27,630 nt of DNA from NCBI GenBank assembly GCA_963977445.1, contig CAXBPH010000075.1, positions 1 through 27,630 of the forward strand, given 5' to 3'. The stretch comes from an uncultured bacterium. GTDB taxonomy: Bacteria; Hydrogenedentota; Hydrogenedentia; Hydrogenedentales; JAEUWI01. This document shows positions 25,144 to 27,630 of the stretch, one piece after another (the stretch's first letter is position 1; every line of letters starts with the position of its first letter). The notes below the pieces were generated by a model. The model did no database searches. It was not told the origin of the DNA and saw nothing but the letters and a program-made list of their open reading frames with translations. Both the position numbers and the translations under genes were made by a program.

Positions 25144-25230
25144 GTGCCTGTACTCAATCGCCAACGCGTTCATACCCACCCCGTTGTGAGTATTGTTCCC
25201 GATGGTGTAAAGAGTTTATATAGAAAATAC

Positions 25231-25259
25231 TTGTCTTCTTAGATAGAAGTGCTTATACT
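25231..25259 (+). promoter_or_regulatory. Sigma70-type promoter for pilC/gspF
   Basis: TTGTCT (25231-36), 17 nt, TATACT (25254-59), preceded by an AT-rich UP-like tract. Confidence 0.6.
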
Positions 25260-25382
25260 CTTTATAAAACAAGTTGCGTCCAGCCTGCGCTGGGCGTGAA
25301 GTGTATCGACGTAGGTGCAGCGGGAATTGAAACCCCTAGTCTGGGTGTCGACGCTGCCGGGCCAACGAGGAGACTGTCGCTG

Positions 25383-26606
25383 ATGCCGACGTATGCCTAT
25401 ACAGCGCGCGCGCAAAATGGTACAAAGAAGCAGGGGACATTAACGGCAGACTCGCGCCAGGCCGCCACGCAGATGCTCCAGCAAAAGGGCCTGATTGCGG
25501 ACAAACTCTCTGAAAAGAGCGCCGGTTTCAGTTTCGGGGGTACGGCTGGTCCCAAGCTTAATAAGCGCGTCAAGACGTCCGAACTACTCGTGTTTACCCG
25601 CCAGCTCTCGACCATCGTAAGTGCCGGTCTGCCCCTCCTTCAGGGCTTGGATATTCTCGCCGATCAGACGGACGACCCCAATTTCGGTGCCGTTGTCGAC
25701 GCTATCGCCCAAGAAGTGGAGTCGGGCGAGACGTTCTCCGATGCACTGCGTAAATTCCCCAAGGCCTTTCCCGATCTCTATGTAAGTATGGTTCGTTCCG
25801 GTGAGGCCAGTGGTGATCTGGATGGCGTTTTGCTCCAGCTCGCTGATTATCTGGAAGCTTCGGAAGAACTGAAACGCCGCATTAAATCGGCCATGACTTA
25901 TCCGGTCGTCGCTTTCGGCATGATTATCCTCATCGCTGGCGGACTGATTGTGTTCGTCGTGCCCCAGTTTGCTGAAATTTTTGGCAGTTTCGGACGAGAA
26001 TTACCTCTGCCGACCCAGATTCTGATTCATATCAGTAACTTCCTGCGTTCCTGGTTTGCCATTCCGGCAATGGCCGCGGCAGGTGCGTTAATTTTCTTCG
26101 GTGTACGCGCGTATGGCGCGACCGAGAGCGGCCGGTACAACCTGGATAAAATGCGACTTCGCATGCCCATTTTCGGGTCACTGCTTCGTAAGGTGGCCAT
26201 CAGTCGTTTCACCCGTACCCTCAGCACACTGACGCGCAGTGGTGTGGCCATCCTTCAGGCTCTCGAAATTACCGAACGTACTGCAGGCAACGAAGTGTTC
26301 GCCAAAGCGGTTCGTGAAGCGGCCGACAGTGTCCGCAACGGTGATACCCTGGCCGACCCCCTCATGCGTAGCGAAGTCTTTCCCGCGATGGTTACACGTA
26401 TGATTGGCGTTGGCGAGAAGACGGGTGCCTTGGAAATTATGTTGGCCAAAATTGCCGATTTCTACGATGCCGAGGTGAAAGCCATGGTAGACAGCCTGAC
26501 CAGCCTTATCGAGCCCATTCTTATCGGCATGATGGGTGTGGTCGTGGGCGGTATCGTAATCGCCCTCTTCATGCCCATCCTTCAGCTTTCCTCGCTGGTC
26601 AGCTAG
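25383..26606 (+). CDS. pilC: Type IV pilus / T2SS inner-membrane platform protein (PilC/GspF family)
   Basis: MPTYAYTA start after GAGGAG. Motifs FTRQLSTIVSAGLPLLQGL, YVSMVRSGEASG.LD.VL, IKSAMTYP, RFTRTLSTL..SGV, MIGVGEKTGALE.ML.KIADFY and LIEP..ALFMPI. Confidence 0.93.
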   Translation: MPTYAYTARAQNGTKKQGTLTADSRQAATQMLQQKGLIADKLSEKSAGFSFGGTAGPKLNKRVKTSELLVFTRQLSTIVSAGLPLLQGLDILADQTDDPNFGAVVDAIAQEVESGETFSDALRKFPKAFPDLYVSMVRSGEASGDLDGVLLQLADYLEASEELKRRIKSAMTYPVVAFGMIILIAGGLIVFVVPQFAEIFGSFGRELPLPTQILIHISNFLRSWFAIPAMAAAGALIFFGVRAYGATESGRYNLDKMRLRMPIFGSLLRKVAISRFTRTLSTLTRSGVAILQALEITERTAGNEVFAKAVREAADSVRNGDTLADPLMRSEVFPAMVTRMIGVGEKTGALEIMLAKIADFYDAEVKAMVDSLTSLIEPILIGMMGVVVGGIVIALFMPILQLSSLVS

Positions 26607-26636
26607 TTCCAGTATTCCATCTAGATAAATTTCATT

Positions 26637-26663
26637 GCCGACCCTTTTTGGTCGGCTTTTTTT
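26637..26663 (+). terminator. Rho-independent terminator of pilC
   Basis: Perfect 7-bp stem GCCGACC-CTTTTT-GGTCGGC followed by T7, 30 nt after the stop codon. Confidence 0.88.
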
Positions 26664-26788
26664 GTGGGTGACCTAAGGGAACGTGGCTCCGGAATATAGC
26701 GCAGACACCCGTAAAACCGGTTGCTTCCGGTGGTAGTCTAAAAAGAGTGGTCCAACATTGACAGGACCCTATTCTGGAGACCAAAAGA

Positions 26789-27630
26789 ATGAAGCGTAGT
26801 CTTATAACGTGTTGCAGCCTCGTACTCCTGGCAACCAGTACGTCCTTCGGTGACGAAATCAAGGGCGAATTGCCCCAAACGGCGGGCAAGCGGGTAGAGA
26901 ACTTTCGTCTACTTGACCAGGCGGGTCAGTCGGTTGAACTCTATCGGACGGCCGAAGCACCGGCAGTCGTTCTCTTTACCCATGGTATCGGCTGCCCGGT
27001 GGTGCGCAGAAGTGTTCCGGAATTGAACCGATTGAAAGAGAAGTACGCCGCCCAAGGGGTGGTATTCTATCTAATCAATGCCAATACCCAGGATTCGCGG
27101 GCTGATTTGGCTGCCGAAGCCGATGAATTCGGACTGACCATACCCATCCTCAAAGACCCGACCCAGCGCATTGTCCATGCCATGGGCAGCACCCGGACGG
27201 CCGAAGCCCTGGTCTTGGACCCGAAGGATAAGTGGAAAATCCTGTATCGGGGTCCGATTGATGACCGTTTTGACTATGGAACCCAGAAGGATGTGGCCGA
27301 TCATCGTTGGGTGGAAGAGGTGCTGGACGCCCAACTCGCCGGCACGACCATACTCCCCCGGGAAGAAATGACCAAGGGATGCCTGATTAGCTTTGCCGAG
27401 GACAAGCCCGTATCCTATGCCGCCGAAGTGGCACCGATACTGGCGGCCAAGTGCGTATCCTGCCATACGAAAGGCGGCGTCGCGCCCTTTGCCATGTCGG
27501 AATATAAGAAGGTGAAGGGGTGGTCGGATATGATTCGCGAGACCCTGCGCACCCACCGCATGCCCCCATGGCACGCCGACCCTGCCTATCATTCCTTTCA
27601 CAATTCATTGGACCTGACCGCGGCGGAGCG
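26789..27630 (+). CDS. Secreted redoxin (AhpC/TSA-like) + cytochrome c protein (partial, runs off window end)
   Basis: Not in the ORF track. Manual translation from ATG 26789 (GGAG RBS): MKRSLITCCSLVLLATSTSFG..NFRLLDQAG..HGIGCPVVR..YRGPIDDR..KGCLI..VAPILAAKCVSCHTKGGVAPF..MPPWHADP, with no stop before the window end. Confidence 0.88.
   Translation, partial: MKRSLITCCSLVLLATSTSFGDEIKGELPQTAGKRVENFRLLDQAGQSVELYRTAEAPAVVLFTHGIGCPVVRRSVPELNRLKEKYAAQGVVFYLINANTQDSRADLAAEADEFGLTIPILKDPTQRIVHAMGSTRTAEALVLDPKDKWKILYRGPIDDRFDYGTQKDVADHRWVEEVLDAQLAGTTILPREEMTKGCLISFAEDKPVSYAAEVAPILAAKCVSCHTKGGVAPFAMSEYKKVKGWSDMIRETLRTHRMPPWHADPAYHSFHNSLDLTAAE

Overview
GC-rich bacterial chromosomal window. The gene content (PVC-type heme-binding fusion protein, CehA/McbA-type PHP hydrolase, degenerate DUF1559-like protein, Cache-domain Ser/Thr kinase) suggests a Planctomycetota- or Ca. 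Hydrogenedentes-like organism; this is inference only. It holds 17 CDSs, two of them cut by the window edges. They include several unpaired signalling proteins, a pap2-eptA lipid A modification pair, a ~1,900-aa hydrolase/LamG/propeller/cytochrome c fusion and a monocistronic pilC/gspF. The most striking signals are non-coding. (1) An apparently complete sigma54 transcription unit (enhancer-like repeats, IHF-like site, -24/-12 box) drives a ~145-nt highly structured RNA ending in a U-tract, just upstream of pilC. (2) A 368-bp MITE has 22-bp terminal inverted repeats, an exact 8-bp target-site duplication and nested REP-like hairpins inside. (3) A tandem REPIN/BIME-like array has a 231-232-bp period. 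No transposase, CRISPR, tRNA or rRNA was seen. All family calls are by eye from motifs, not from database searches.
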